From Eledone cirrhosa (lineage: Eukaryota), in contig OZ024740.1 of assembly GCA_964016885.1 (NCBI GenBank), positions 241,056,001 through 241,120,000 on the forward strand: 64,000 nucleotides of DNA. The letters run 5' to 3'. The position numbers and the translations under genes were made by a program. The stretch's first letter is position 1. Every line of letters starts with the position of its first letter. The notes below the pieces were generated by a model. It had not been told where the DNA came from. It ran no database searches and worked only from the letters and a program-made list of their open reading frames with translations. Shown piece by piece: positions 11,801-26,399 of the stretch.

Positions 11801-12298
11801 CTGACATCATTGTAAAAAATCAACATAACAAGGGCTGTTTATTGATAGATATGAGCATCCCACGTGATCACAATATCGCGGCAAAAAAATTTGACAAGCT
11901 ACGAAAATATAAAGATCTGCTTACTGAAATTGAGAAAATGTGGCACCTCAAGGCCGTTACAATACCAGTGATTGTGGGAGGACTGGGAATGATCAAGAAA
12001 TGAACAGAACAATATTTGCGAATGATTCCTGGTTTACCCTCTCTGCACTAGGTGCAAAAAATTGTTTTGACTGGTACTGCACACGTATTGAGAAGAGCAC
12101 TATCTCTGTATTTACATATGCATATGCACATGTGTATATATGTATACTGTTTTTTTTCTAAATTATAATCAATGTGCTGTATTAACTGGCTTACCAATGC
12201 ACACTGTGAATTTATTTGCCCTAGGTGTCAGGAAGACACTCAACATATATCTCAGAAACAATAATGAAAGAAAATAAAAATGATAATAATAATAATAA
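8831..12298 (+). mobile_element. RLE-type non-LTR retrotransposon (R4/Dong-like), near full-length, decayed
   Basis: N-terminal domain, then NYRPITCL, EQKGCRRGS, WIDYKNAFDS, FYMDDFKLY, CRFC, RHDRV, RPDIIV..LIDMSIP..K..KY; (AAT)n tail. The QGD motif is deleted near 10510. Confidence 0.92.
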
Positions 12299-13084
12299 GG
12301 CCCGGGCTGAATAACATCATGGATGCCTATAACGAAGCTCCCCACAAGACTTGAAATAAATCAGACACCATCGACAAAACAATAATAAATATACTAAGAA
12401 AACGAGAGGAAACACAATGGACGAGAACCAAACCAACAAGGCCTACAAAAAAAAAACAAATTTTATTCATGGATTGTCCTTACAACATAATTTTCTTTAT
12501 TAAAATTGCGACCACGTGAGTAAAATTCAACAAGTTGAAAAACAGCCGTAACATCACAGAAAGTTTGAAATGAAAACAAACAGTGTATCGATATACAGAA
12601 GTAACAACATTTACTGATTGTATTACAAATGCCTGTATTATAAACACAACGAAAAATGTACACAAAACAATCACACAGATGTACAGATGTTCGTTATTTG
12701 AACTTAAGGGAAACATTGTACGATAACCAATGCGCACAAAAACGTACAAACCCAGGAGAAGCACGACAGCCGATACCCAACAAAAATGATAATGATCTAA
12801 ATAATGGGCCGGACTGATCCAGAAGCGTGTTACCATGGAGTTTTCTCAACATGTCTTCAGTTCCTCAGCAAAATAAATAAAATACAACAAACCAAATGAA
12901 ATTCAATTTGTGAGAAGTCTCCAAGATATCTGTTATCTTCAATATCCATACAAATGTTTGCAGAATCATTGATTAAGCACATCGCAAGCTCTTTTGTTAT
13001 GTGATTTTTTTCTCCCACCTGTTACATGATGTACGTGTCAATGGGAGTTTGAAATTTGAGGATATGTAGAAAATAATATATATA

Positions 13085-13970
13085 TATATAAGTATGTATA
13101 CGTACATACATATATGTATACAGACGTACAGTAGTATGTATATATATATACGTACATGCACACATATATATATGTACGTATGGATTCACCGAACATTTAT
13201 TATAATGCTCGGTGTGTTTGTAAACAAACATCTCGTATTAAGGCGTAGTGTGTGTCTAGCAACCACCGTTGCTCGTTTGTTCAACACTGACAAAGGAACT
13301 GACAAAGGAACGCAAAGGACACTACGGCTTAATTCGGGATGTTTGTTTACAAACACACCGAGCATTATAATAAATGTTCGGTGAATCCATACGTACATAT
13401 ATATATATGTGTGCATGTATGTATATATGTATACATACTACTGTACGTCTTTATACATATATGTATGTACGTATACATGCTTATATTTAAGTAACAGCCG
13501 TACTAAGAGTGGGAAATGAAATTCCGTTTCGTTTTTTCCGTTCATCGTTTTCGGGGCACCCGGCCGATTAAGCCACTCAATATGCAAATTGGGCTACTCA
13601 GCCGTTAATATGCATAAGGAAATTATATACTTTCGGACGTTCAATCATCTGGCAGGAAGGTATACGTTGCTGACGATAGCTAATAAGCTTGAAACTAGTA
13701 CAGCGTTCCTTTGTCAGTGTTGAACAAACGAGCAACGGTGGTTGCTAGACACTACGGCTTAATACGGGATGTTTGTTTACAAACACACCGAACATTATAA
13801 TAAATGTTCGGTGAATCCATACGTACATATATATATGTGTGCATGTATGTATATATATATACATACCACTGTACGTCTGTATACATATATGTATGTACGT
13901 GTACATACTTATATTTAAGTAACAGCCGTACTAAGAGTGGGAAATGAAATTTCGTTTCATTTTTTCAAAT
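13085..13970 (+). mobile_element. Family A HHR element, second locus (inverted ~210-bp piece + ~1.5 tandem units)
   Basis: Homologous to 3784-4596; 13085-13295 is inverted; 13320-13540 is repeated at ~13750-13970; (TA)n flanks. Confidence 0.85.
13664..13706 (+). ncRNA. Type I hammerhead ribozyme (family A)
   Basis: acguug CUGACGA uagcuaauaagcuu GAAA CUAG UA cagcgu; stem I has a G-U to U-G swap relative to the 3813 copy. Confidence 0.9.
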
Positions 13971-14002
13971 ATATATATATATATATATAAATATCTTCTC
14001 TC

Positions 14003-14054
<52 letters not shown>

Positions 14055-14055
14055 C

Positions 14056-14088
<33 letters not shown>

Positions 14089-14435
14089 TCTCTTTCTCTC
14101 TCTCTCTCACACACTCTTTTTTTTGAAACTATCATATAATAGAAATCACACCTCCCGGCCTGTTTCCCCTATTCCCCCTTCTTACCTTTTCTACACCTCC
14201 TTGTCCTTCTTTGTTTGCACGTTTGACAACAGTCCTTATTCTCTTGTTTTACTCTTTCTTTCTTTTTTTTTATGTTCTTTCTCCTTTGGCTAAGCGCTTG
14301 TGCACGTTATATTTGTATAATTTGTCTAAAAGCATTTCCAGAGGTTGGCTGAGGAGATGGGATTCTCTGCTTTCGGTCGTCTTTGTCCTGTGCGCTCTCG
14401 ATTTTGAATATATATATATATATGTGTGTGTATGT

Positions 14436-14525
<90 letters not shown>

Positions 14526-15156
14526 ATGTGTATCAGAAAACTCTGATGTAAAACCTGCGACATGATCGCAGTCAATGATGTTGACCCGTTCTTCTTTTTG
14601 ATTACCCGTCACTGTTGTTCAGAGAGTGGGATTGGTCCGGTGCAAAGCCTTTCCTCACTTAAAAAAGCTTCTAGTAGAAGCATCACTTGATCTAAACGAC
14701 TTTTACGTGTGTTGCGTGAGCATGCCCTTTTCTTTTTTCTTCCGCTGCAGCATATTCAGAAAGTAATCTAAGTCCTTGACAGGGCTAAGAAGTCATGCTC
14801 GTGCCACCTTTGTATAAAAAAAAAGATCAAGGGATGGCAATTCTCGAAACCGAGATGCACCCATTCTGCATGGAGAAGGGGCAAAGACAAGTTACTAGCG
14901 CATTAAAACGAGTTGCTCCGGGTAGACAAAACTAGTTAACCTTGGGTAGCAGTCTGTTTACGAGAAGGGGCACTATGATTTCAAACCTGATGTTGAGACG
15001 GCTATCATCTGACAGGATAAAGCAATCTTCATATATGCCTGTCTCTCTCTCTGTCTGTACGTATGTATGCATGTATGTTTCTCTTTCTCTTAATTTCGAG
15101 TACATTTTTGACCGGCCACCTTCCTGGTGGCAAGTTGTAAAAGAAAAGAAATTGTC

Positions 15157-15625
15157 ATCTCTTGAATCGCAAAAATGTTTTGCAAATTTTGAAGGTGCCA
15201 GATATCGCGGCCATTTGTAGTCTATGAATTAGAGAGCTGCATTCTTTGTCCTCAAATCGAAGTTCAGTTATACTTTGGTCCAAACAGACTGGTATATAAC
15301 CTGTAGCTCCAATAATGATGGGTATGAATCTGAAGGTGTATCTTGGATACTGGATCTGCAAACTCCTCATCAATGGTCCGTAGATGTCCACCTTCTCTTG
15401 TATTTTTCTTACAGCGTTGACATCAAGTGGGGAGCTGATCTCTACAACAGAGTACGTTTTCAATATCAGGCAGGTTGTGTTTTAATTTGGTGGCAGTTTT
15501 TATTTTCAGGTTTCGCCAGTATTCTTTATTGCCATCCATCTCAACATATTCCTCCTCACTTGATTTTAATCTTGTTTTCCTAAGTACGTTCCAGATGGTT
15601 CTAGCTATCACATCGTGTCTCATAG
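15157..15625 (-). mobile_element. RLE-type non-LTR 3' fragment
   Basis: MRHDVIAR, KHNLPDI, VVEISSPLD..EKVDIY..FIPIIIGATG. Confidence 0.85.
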
Positions 15626-15649
15626 GGAGGTAGTATGTATGTATGTTCT

Positions 15650-17075
15650 GGTTTTATAATTTCACAAATTTTTTATTAATAGAGAGTCGGTTTCTAACAT
15701 AGATACAAGATTCTCTCATTGGAATCTACACAACATCAACTAGGTAGAAATGCTTGCATGTCTGCATGTATGCATGTGTGCAGGTATGGATATCATTGTA
15801 TGGGTGGATGTGGATGTTTTGAACTGTATGTGTGCATGTGCATATGCTTTGTATCTGTTCATGTGTATATGCAGTTATTAGATGTAGTATTTTGGGAATG
15901 TTTTACATATTTTTACTGTTTCATGAATGGATTGTACTTGTAATTTCCTAACTAGTTGTGTTCTTTCTTTCTGTTCCTGTGAAGCCCAGCTTCTCAAGAT
16001 TTGTATATGAGGCAGTTACTAGCATATCCCAGTGCCCCAATAATCCCAGGCGTAAATCTGAAAGTATAGTCAGTGTGGAGTATCTGCAGCTTTCTCATTA
16101 GTTCTGCATAAATATTCTCCTTTTCACTAATCTTTAATATTATATTGACATCTGCTGGGCAGCTAATTTCCACTACTGTGCATGCCTTCTTTTCCCTGTA
16201 CCATATCATAATATCTGGTCTGTTATGCCTGCATTTTATTGGGGTTTTTACTGAAACATTCCACCAGTACTCTTTCATATTATGTATATGGATGTCTTCC
16301 ACATTGCTGTAGCTTTTAATGTGTTTATTGTCGAGGTTATCTTTTCTATGGATTGCATTGTATAGAGTTTTGGCCACTACATCATGCCTCATATATAGTA
16401 CTGTATATAGTACCCTGGTGACATCTTTGGACAGCTGCTTATGACATGGGTGACATCTTCGATATTAATTCTGCAGAGTCTGCATTTGTTGCCACATCTA
16501 GGTGTTTTACCTGCATTCCTATCTCATGCATAAATCAGGAATCTTGTATTGATTTCCTGTTCTTGGATTGCAAAAGCATATCCTTCAAAGTGAGAGCCAA
16601 TATAGCGGTTGTTGGTCCAAGATAGACTACTTTGCCTATCTATATCACTCTCCCTTTGGAGCTTCCTGGCACCATACCCATGCATGATCTTTTGCCGATA
16701 AGCATGCAGTTTTTCATCCATGGATTCACTGTGGTATTGCTGGGAAATTTCCCTGAGTGTGCCATTTTGATTATCATGCATGGAATATCTTTCAAGGAGT
16801 TCCTTCGCAACTCTCATGATCTTATCTGTCTCATGCAGATAGACTTGCTCAATAGACGGGCTCCTACGCTTCAAGGTTCGTAAATATTTGTCGGAGGGAT
16901 ATGATGCGACACTCAAATGCTGTCTGGACTGATGTTAGGCCTCTGCCTCCCTGCTTACGTTTCAAGTAGAGGCAATCTATGTCACTGTTGATGTGGAAGT
17001 TTCCGGTGATGTTTAGAATTTTTCGAGTTTTAACATGAATTGGTCTATCGTCCAATCGAGTATTCCAAACGTTGG
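15650..17075 (-). mobile_element. RLE-type non-LTR 3' part with 3' UTR
   Basis: LYLKRKQGGRGL, FAIQEQEINT, CRLC..HVISSC, RHDVVAK, NRPDIMIW..VVEISCPAD..EKENIY; the 3' UTR is also seen at ~40790-41030. Confidence 0.88.
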
Positions 17076-17819
17076 TGTTAGGACAGGCGCAGCAAACACA
17101 TTGTGAGAACATTTTTTTTTATTATGCGCAGAGAGTTCCGATGACCATATTTTTCTTAATCGGGTGTAATAATTCCTGGTTACGCGCTCTTTATTACAAA
17201 TACCATTATCTATGTATGTATGTATGTATGTATGTATGTATGTATGTATGTATCATGGTTAAGAGTGTGGGACTGGCTTTGTGCAGTGCCTTTGCTCACT
17301 ATAAAAGCTTCACGGCACAGGCATTGCTTTATATCTGGAGATCTCTCTACACTTGTCGTCACATGGTGCCCTGGGCCCAGCACTATGTGTCAATAATTGT
17401 CGCAAGTGTAGTGTTTGTACCAGAGTTTTCAAGTCGCTGGCTGGACTAAAAAGTCACACTCATTCAGCGCATCGGTAGGGGTTCTCCTACATGGATATAA
17501 AGTAGTGGCTGTACTCGGAAACGAGTTGGCAGCCACCATGTATATATCATAAAAGAAATTTGCTTAAGGTGCCATGCAGCTAAACCAGACTCAAAACTTC
17601 GTGGCTGCAAAGCCAGCTTCTAAACCACATAACCATATCTGTGCCTATGTAGTAGAAACAACGCAAGTCGCCGGCAGTCATGACTCAATATTTGTTGCAG
17701 TTATTAAAAGAATATATGAAGGTCAATAACGGAACTAACTACAGAAGTTAGCTTATCGGTTAGGTTGTGAAGCAGGATCCGGTATTACGTATTTGATTTA
17801 CTGCTTCCTCACAGTTGTG

Positions 17820-18300
17820 AAGGCGGGTGCCATAGTGGTTAGGTTGTTCTGTTCACGATCGTAAGGTTGTCAGTTCGATTTCTGGCGGCGCATTTTGTCT
17901 TTGAACCAGACACTTTATTTCACATTGCTCCAGTCTACTCAGCTGTAAAAAAACTATGAGTTGTACCTATAATTCAAATTGTGTAATGCTGAATCTCCCC
18001 GAGAACTATGGTTAGAGAGTATATGTGTGGAATGCTCAGCCACTTGCTCAGCCACTCCCGAACATAGTTCTTTTAAAGGTATCTAAAGATGTTGGACTGA
18101 CAGAGTCGTTAGAGCGTCGAACACATGCTTAACAGTGTTTGCTCCGGCTTTTTACGTTCTGAGTTCAAATCCTACCGAAGTTATCTTTGCCTTTCATCAT
18201 TCCGAGGTTGATAAAATAAAGTACCAGTCAAATACTGTGGTCGATATAACTTCCTCCATCCCCCAAATTACTGGCCTTGCGCCCAAATCAGAAACTATTT
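17820..18300 (+). mobile_element. Two adjacent decayed tRNA-derived SINEs
   Basis: TAGTGG..GTTCGATT head at ~17830-17885; diverged copy of the 2347 SINE at ~18095-18300. Confidence 0.6.
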
Positions 18301-18411
18301 AAAAAGTATCTGTTATTTTTAGATTATGATGGATTTAAAGTTAAAAAATGGAAACAGCTAAATGGAACAGCAACATATGAAAGAGATACATAGAGAGATA
18401 GATAGAGAGAG

Positions 18412-18482
<71 letters not shown>

Positions 18483-18818
18483 TAGAGTATGGTATAAAGA
18501 TAGAGAGATAGTGGTGAAACTGAATATCAAGGAAATGGTTAAATGATTACTCTAGCAAAAGTAACACAAAGAAATGTGCAAATATAAAGAATCAGACTGA
18601 TAGATGAACATGCACACACAGGTGCAGATATACACACGTATATATATATATACATATATATACACACGTACACAACACATGCATAAACACACAAACACAC
18701 ACACACACACAACTAACCCATAAATACGGCTTGAAAATGCTCAAACGCATGTATGTACATGAATTGATGGTGAAAAAGAACAGACTCACTGCTTCTCTTT
18801 TGTTTGAAAAAGGTTGAA

Positions 18819-18938
<120 letters not shown>

Positions 18939-19685
18939 ATTGAGCATGTAAGTTATTATTTTACGAGGGAAAATACATAACAAAAATGAAGTTTCTTTTC
19001 TTTCCACGTTTGTTGAAATTTCGTGTCGCCAGATCACAACTATGAAATAGAATTGTAAAAGGTTGAAGACGAGACAGGACTGAAAGTGAAAGGAAGAAAA
19101 TTGAACGAAAAGATCGCTAGGAGAAGAAAATTCCACACAAAAATAGAAATATAAAAGCTATAGAAATAGAATCGAAATATAGAGAGATAGAGGCAGCTTG
19201 GTAGAGAGACAAGTTGATAGAGAAATAGCTAGTTTGTTAGATATCTAGATAAATTTCAACAGAATCGGGTGTGGGGAGGAATCAAGAGAGCCTTTTATTA
19301 TCGGTACTTTTGATATTTTGTATTCAAAATATTGATAAAAGAATTAAATAATTTGAAAACGTTTCCCGGCATGATTCAGAATATCAGAATTTTTTTGATT
19401 TAAAAGTCAAAGAATTCTCGTTTCTTTCACTGCTACTTCAACAGTTTACTGCCATTTCTATGATTAGTAGAAGTTCGTTGACTGGCTAAGCAAAACATAA
19501 AATATAAAAATGGGATTTATGCGCTGTATTTTTTAAAGTAGCTACAATAAAAAAAGAATAGAGAAAAAACCCAACTAATATCCCCCATATTTCTCTCACC
19601 CCTCATTCCCTTCCTCTTCACACTTTTTCTCCCCCCCCCCACACATGCATATATATATATAAATGAAAATATATATATATAAATG

Positions 19686-19744
<59 letters not shown>

Positions 19745-20540
19745 CACCATTGAGTGCTTTCGTGACTGCCTTAAACAATTCAATTTCTATCTGCTGCTAC
19801 ACTGCGGCTACAACTTTATACCCATTATATATATATAATTAAAAAGGGAAAAGAATGCCTTCACTTGTATTTGTATAGAACTACAAGTGAAGTCATTCTT
19901 TCCCTTTTTTTAAAATATACCTAACTGTACCAAGGATTTCACACATTTTCCAATATATTTATATATATCAAGGGCGGTGCCCCAGCATGGCCTCAGCCGG
20001 ATGGCTGAAACAGGTAAAAGAGAGTAAAAGAGAAATACATACAAATATCTTGCTCCACTGTGTCTCCTCTTCATTTTGATATTGTTTTAACTATTCCATC
20101 TCGTCTTAAAATAAAACCGAAGTGAAAGTCATGTGGTGTGTGGTTTTCTATTGTATCTCAAAGTATAACGATATCGATTTCAACACACGATTGCACATCA
20201 CGTATCTTGCGAAAGAAAAACAACAAAAAAACAAACAAACATTAAAACAAAGTGTATGTGTGTGTGTGTGTATATATGGAAAACTCATCGCTAGAACTGC
20301 CTTTAAAAGAGCTAAATGCTGTCAAAGACAGTGATGGGCAAAAATGCCTCAGAGGACAGAGACCAGCGGCCAGTGTTCAACAGAGAGACAATCCACAAGG
20401 TGGATGACAGGTAGATGAAACATAGAAAAGACTGAAAGAGGAAAAGGACAAGGAGAAGCGTGTTGGAAGGAAATTAGCTCCTGATGAAGCAATAGAATGG
20501 GTTAATTATTTTGCTAATGTCAGAAGAAGAAGTTAGAACA

Positions 20541-20726
20541 TTAATTGTTTCTACTTTTGGCACAAGGCCAGCAATTAATCCAGTGTATTACTGGTACTTT
20601 ATTTTATCGACCCCGTAAGGATGAAAGGCAAAGTTAACCTCGGCGGGATTTGAACTCAGACTGTAAAGGGACGTAACTATGCTAAAAAGCATGGCGTCCG
20701 ACTCTTTACCGATACTGCCAATTCCG
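20541..20726 (-). mobile_element. tRNA-derived SINE copy
   Basis: Reverse complement of the 2347-2543 family. Confidence 0.88.
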
Positions 20727-21530
20727 TACACATAAATTAGGAAACTTTCGTGTTGTGAGTATACTGAGAGAAGGAAATGTGGGGAAGAAAGTGAGAAGGG
20801 AAGAAGAAAACGAATATGAGGAAGCAGAGATCGCAGATGGTGTATTTATATATAGAAGTTAGGGAAGGCCTGCGTTGGCCGTGGCAAATAACATATATAT
20901 AACAATTCAAAATCTGAAGCCTTTAGTACATGGACAGACTGGCATTGTATATAAATTACCGACAGCTAAGGGAAAAGGGATATATTGTGTTTTCTCTTTG
21001 TCTGTCTATATAACGTGTGCTCAGATTTTGAATTATATATATATACATGATGGCTGCCCCCTCGTTATCGAGTATGGCCATTGCACGATATACCATTATT
21101 AATAATTTTTAATTAATTCTATCGTGCAATGCCTGTGCATGAAGATATTTTTTAAAGTGAGGAAAGACTGTACACTGAGCCAATCCCACTCCCTGAGCGA
21201 GAGTAGCTATAACCCAAAAAGAAGAAAAGATCAACATCATGGTAACTACTGAGCCGTAGGTTTTATATTGGAGTTATCCCAGTTTCCTGAATTGCCTTCT
21301 CCTAGAAGAATGCCCTGACAAAGGTTAGAGGTCCTTCACTCCCTGTGGTTTAACCGCGCGGTACATGTGTATATACATATTTACACACTTTCGGATGGCC
21401 GTTGACTCATATGAGTTCTTTCGCCCTTTGTCAGGTTTTGTTTTTTGTCCTGCAGGGTGTCCACAATCACCCTCCTCACCAAGTAAACTTGGTGGGGTTG
21501 CTGGTTTAGTCACCGACGACCCGACCATAG

Positions 21531-21627
<97 letters not shown>

Positions 21628-21765
21628 AGCAGAAGGGATATTCAATTTGTTGGTAATTCAACAAATATAAATGTTTATAACTGATTCAGAGCACACGACA
21701 TATTTTCTGGAGTATAATATTCAATGTTATTAAATAAATGGAAATTATATTTATAAAACCATATT

Positions 21766-21827
21766 TATTCTATTATATATATTTCAAGGGTACCAAAAAC
21801 TTTGGTACGCTTTCATCAGATAAAATA
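21766..21827 (-). ncRNA. Type I hammerhead ribozyme (family C)
   Basis: uauuuuau CUGAUGA aagcguaccaaa-guu-uuugguacccuu GAAA UAUAUA UA auagaaua; the host repeat 21628-21890 recurs at 53700-54152. Confidence 0.88.
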
Positions 21828-22199
21828 CAAAGTGTGTTTTATAAATTTTGACATAGCCAAAGAACATACCTTAACGGTGGAAATTTTCCTTAGATAGTGG
21901 ACTTAGAGACAGATTTTTCAAAATTGTTAAGATGAGTATGCAAATGAATATGTAAATGAGGTTGAGGTATATGTTTGAAAAAAAACCGTTATTTTAGACG
22001 CTATGGATAATTTAGATATGTGTTTGTATTAGTAGGAAAGAAAGAAAGAAAAGGAAGAAAAAGAAAAAAAAGAAAAAAGAAAAAAGAAAAGAAGACCTTA
22101 TATTTGGGGGAAAAATTTGAATATTTACCTATATTATGTATATACTTATATGGAGAATTATGTTTGTAAGTATTTATCTTATTACAATTTTGTAGTAGG

Positions 22200-23745
22200 T
22201 TATAAAGAAAAATCACACCTGAAACTATGGAACGGTACTAACGAAGTTATAGATTGGTTCAATAACATAAAATTAAAACATAACAATAAATTCATTCAAA
22301 TGGATATTGCAAATTACTACTCCTCTATTACTCCTAGCTTACTCAATAAGGCTCTTATCTATGCATCTAAACATACAGACCTATCTAGTGATGAAATGAA
22401 TATAATTCTAACAGCACGGAAAACACTAATAGAATTCAATAATTATCTCTGGACAAGAGCCGACAGAAAAAACAATTTTGATATCACTATGGGATCATCT
22501 GACTCGGCGCAAATAACGGATCTTGTTGGTTTATTTATGTACTGCATAGTAACATGCCAGAGATGACCGGTGGTCTATATCGTGACAATATGCTGCTTTT
22601 AATTGAAAACCATAGTAATTGTGAAATTAATAGGATAAGAAAATCCATAATACAATTCTTCAATAACTACAACCTTAAGTTAGAAATAGAGAATAACTAC
22701 AAAATCGTTAACTTCTTAGACGTAACCTTAAACCTTAGCACAGGTCTTTACTATCCTTTCCATAAAATTAACGAAAATCTAAATTACGTAACTTTTAACT
22801 CTAATCATCCTAGAAGTATTAAAAACACTATTGTCAATAGTGTCCAGCAACGGATTTCACGCATCTCTGCTAATATAAATATTTTTGATGATAAGGCCGA
22901 ATATTATAATGAAGCTTTAAATAGAGCAGGATATTCGAATAAAATTAAATACATTGATAACAAAAAGATGGCAAATCATCCTAGTATTAATTATAATAAT
23001 AATAAACAATTTAACTTAAACACTAAACCAAACAAAAAAACTAGAACTAGAAATATTATTTGGTACTCCCCCATTCTCATTAAGCGTTAAAACACCTTTA
23101 GCAAAGCTATTCTTTAAATCACTAGATAAATGTTTTCCTAATGCCCTCAGATACCACTCTATTGTTAACAGGCATTTCTACTACTATGAACCTAGCACAA
23201 AATATAAATAGAATTAATAATAGAAACTTAAATTTAAACCCTAACCAAAATAACCAAAATAGCAATAATAATATTTTTAGCAATATCCAGCAACAACTCC
23301 ATAAAATGTAACTGTAGAATCAAATCAAACTGCCCTTTACAAAATAATTGTTTAGATAAAATGGTATATTGTTTATTAATAATGGTATATCGTGCACAGT
23401 TAAAACTAAAGATAAAATATTTAACTATGTTGGTGCCACTTCTACAAAATTTAAAGAACGCTGGATTAACCATAATCATACTTTTAAAAGATCTGATAAA
23501 AAATCTTCTACTTCACTTTCATATCTTATATGGAACTTAAAAGGCAAGAATATAGACTATTCAATATCTTGGAAAACGATTTCGAAAGCACATGCATACT
23601 GAAATATGGCTTTATCAAGATTCTGTAAATTGTGTATCGAAGAAATTTTTTATATAATTAAGTGTCAAAACTCTATTAATCTCAGGACAGAGTTATTTTC
23701 TTCTTGCAGACATCGCCAAAATTCCACGTTCAGAACTATAGTTAA
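22200..23745 (+). mobile_element. Penelope-like retroelement, decayed (RT + GIY-YIG)
   Basis: FIQMDIANYYSSI, FDITMGSSDSAQITDLVG, GGLYRDN, VNFLDVTL, SNHP, CNCR..CPL, YVGATSTKFKERWINH, CKLCIEE, SCRH. Confidence 0.92.
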
Positions 23746-25322
23746 TTTATAATATTCCTATAATCCTTCAAAATGATCCTATCCTCTTTAACAATTTAAA
23801 ATTATTAATATTTTTAATATTTTAATATTTCTAAATATGAATATCTCTAATACTCGTAATAATTTTACCTTTCAGCAAAAAATTTATTTTAATATATATA
23901 TATATAATACATTATGAAGAGAGAAGAAACATTAGATATAATTAGTAATAATATATATCATACCTAAACTGCTTCTATAGTCCCCGACTACGTAGTTTCG
24001 TGGCATATTATGCAAAAACACTACATCATAGAGATATAGAGCTTTTGTGAGGTCTGCCGACTTATCAAGGGGATACCTCATTAAGGGTTTCAAAACACGT
24101 CTGTGATGCGCGAGATAGAATCTCGAAAAGGCGGAGGGGGAGTCAATCACGTGATACAGCGGTCAAGAAACAGAGCTAAGCCCCTTATAACCCTGAAAAA
24201 AATACCACGGAGGCGTGTTTCTCTATATATTGTTTATAACTCCCTTTGGTCGAGTAACCTTTGAAGTGTAGTGACTGCTGGATAGCTACCATTACTCATA
24301 CTTCTCGCCTCCTCAAACCACCTCTTCTACGGCTTTGATATAAATACCCCCTCCGCCTCCGTGGTATTTTTTTCAGGGTTATAAGGGGCTTTAACTAAAA
24401 AAACAAACAAACAAAAACTTCAGAACCACTATTTAAAAATAATTAAAAATAAATGGGAAGATATATGAATTAGTGTTAGAAATTACATAATAGGGTTCAA
24501 TATTGAATATTAAATATTGAGAAGTAGTGATTAACAATTGAATATTTCATATTATATGAAGTATACTATCTATAGTGTATTATAGATAGGTAGAGAAACC
24601 TATTAATCGGGTTACTAATGAAGATGGGAAAATACTGAACACCTTAACGAAACATAGCAGAGAAATTTAAATTATAAAACGTAATAATTAATCAATTGAT
24701 TAGTTAATATCTCAATCAAGCAAACAAATAAACATGAGTAAAAATAAAAATATATAGAGATTCAAAATGAAAGAAATGAAAAAAAAAAGATGCCGAAAGG
24801 GAAATAAAGATATAGGTGACGAATTATAAAGATTTCAGTTATATTCTCAGTTCCGTGGGAACTTTGATCAAGCAGGTCCAGGTAACTCGGATTTAAATTT
24901 GTTCGTTATGTATCGGTCCGATGAGGCGAGAGAGGGATTATGTAAGAGAGTCTTGCTCCAGGCTTCCATGCGATATCAAGGTTATTGCGGGAAAATAAGA
25001 GATTTTACGTTGATTTTGGTCCTCTTAGTCTTCCGATCGAATGTTTGTTCTTTATGTTAGGTGTATCCACTGGCAGTGATATCCAATAGGTGTAATTAGT
25101 TCCAGCGGTAAAGGGATTTCACGGGTGTTTTTGATAGCTGAGGCCTTCACTTCATCATATGTATCGTACGCACCATAAAGCGCTCAACAAGTAGGAGCTA
25201 TATTTTTACGGTAAACATGCTGACTAAACGGGGTTAGTTAATAAATGAAATAAAACAACAAACATAGGACTGCACAAATACACAATTATATTAAGTTCAC
25301 GCTTGGCGAAAGGGGAGGATGG

Positions 25323-25356
25323 TTCAACGTTTCGGCGAGAAGTCTTTCATCAGGAA
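25323..25356 (-). ncRNA. Degenerate hammerhead motif; more decayed tandem copy at ~25520-25555
   Basis: uuc CUGAUGA aagacuucucgcc GAAA CG UU gaa; weak stem II. Confidence 0.5.
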
Positions 25357-25573
25357 TTACAGGCCCGCGCACGCATACCCCCCTCTCTCTCTACATATAT
25401 ATATATTCGAGGGTAGGCTGAAAAATTCACAGGCTGACTGTGATTGATACTAGACCTGTGAAATCTTATTAATAACTGCATTATTTCTTTCCAGGATCGC
25501 TTGGAGAAAGAGGAGGAGGGTTCAACGTTTCGGGGAGAAGTCTTTAATAAGGAATCGCAGGTCTCTACCGTGT

Positions 25574-25606
<33 letters not shown>

Positions 25607-26027
25607 AATATATACATACATACATATATACCTATATATATCTATATCTATATCTATACATATCTATCTCTCTCTCTGTAAATTTATGAAAGAAAAACCG
25701 TGACTTTTCAGTTAAATTTTATATTGTTGTGTAAGTTGACCCCCCCCCCCCATCTGGACCTTCAGGCGGTGAGTCAACTCATTTTCGCCCCTCCCATTGA
25801 CGAAATATTCGTTTGAAAAAATTTTTCTCTATCGAATTTTGAAAAAATATCGTAAGAAGTTTGTACGCTATGAACGCTGCGTTTGGCGATAATGGTAGTG
25901 GAGAGTCGGTAAGACTACATAGCTCGCAGTCAACGTCGTCTTCTTCCCTTTCCTTCTCCATAGATACTATGGAGATGGAAAGAAGAAATAAAATTGTAAA
26001 ATTGGATTTAAATCCAAACAAAAAAAA

Positions 26028-26210
26028 TAATAATTGTTTCTACTTTTGGCACAAGGCCAGCAATTACCCAATACTGGTTCTTTATTCTATCGACCCCGGA
26101 AGGATGAAAGGCAAAGTTAACCTCGGCGGGATTTGAACTCAGATCATACAGGGAGGTAACTCTATGCTTCAAAGCATGGCATCCGATCCTCTACCGATAC
26201 TGCCAATCCA
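26028..26210 (-). mobile_element. tRNA-derived SINE copy
   Basis: Reverse complement of the 2347-2543 family. Confidence 0.88.
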
Positions 26211-26399
26211 CCCCAAAAAATAATAATGACACGAATGACACCAAACAGTACAATGACAACAAAAATAACAACAACAACACCAATAATGATGATAAAAACA
26301 ACAATGACAACAACAACAAAGAAAAAATAAAGACAACACCAATAATACCAGCATCAAAGACAACAACACCAACACCAAGGAAAATACGAACAATATCAA

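Noticed and set aside
12821-12864. Minus-strand CUGAAGA with a stem II-like hairpin
   Set aside because: GAAA is mutated to GUAA and the cleavage U is missing; at most a relic.
20475-20525. CTGATGA followed by a hairpin
   Set aside because: No GAAA, stem III or stem I closure.
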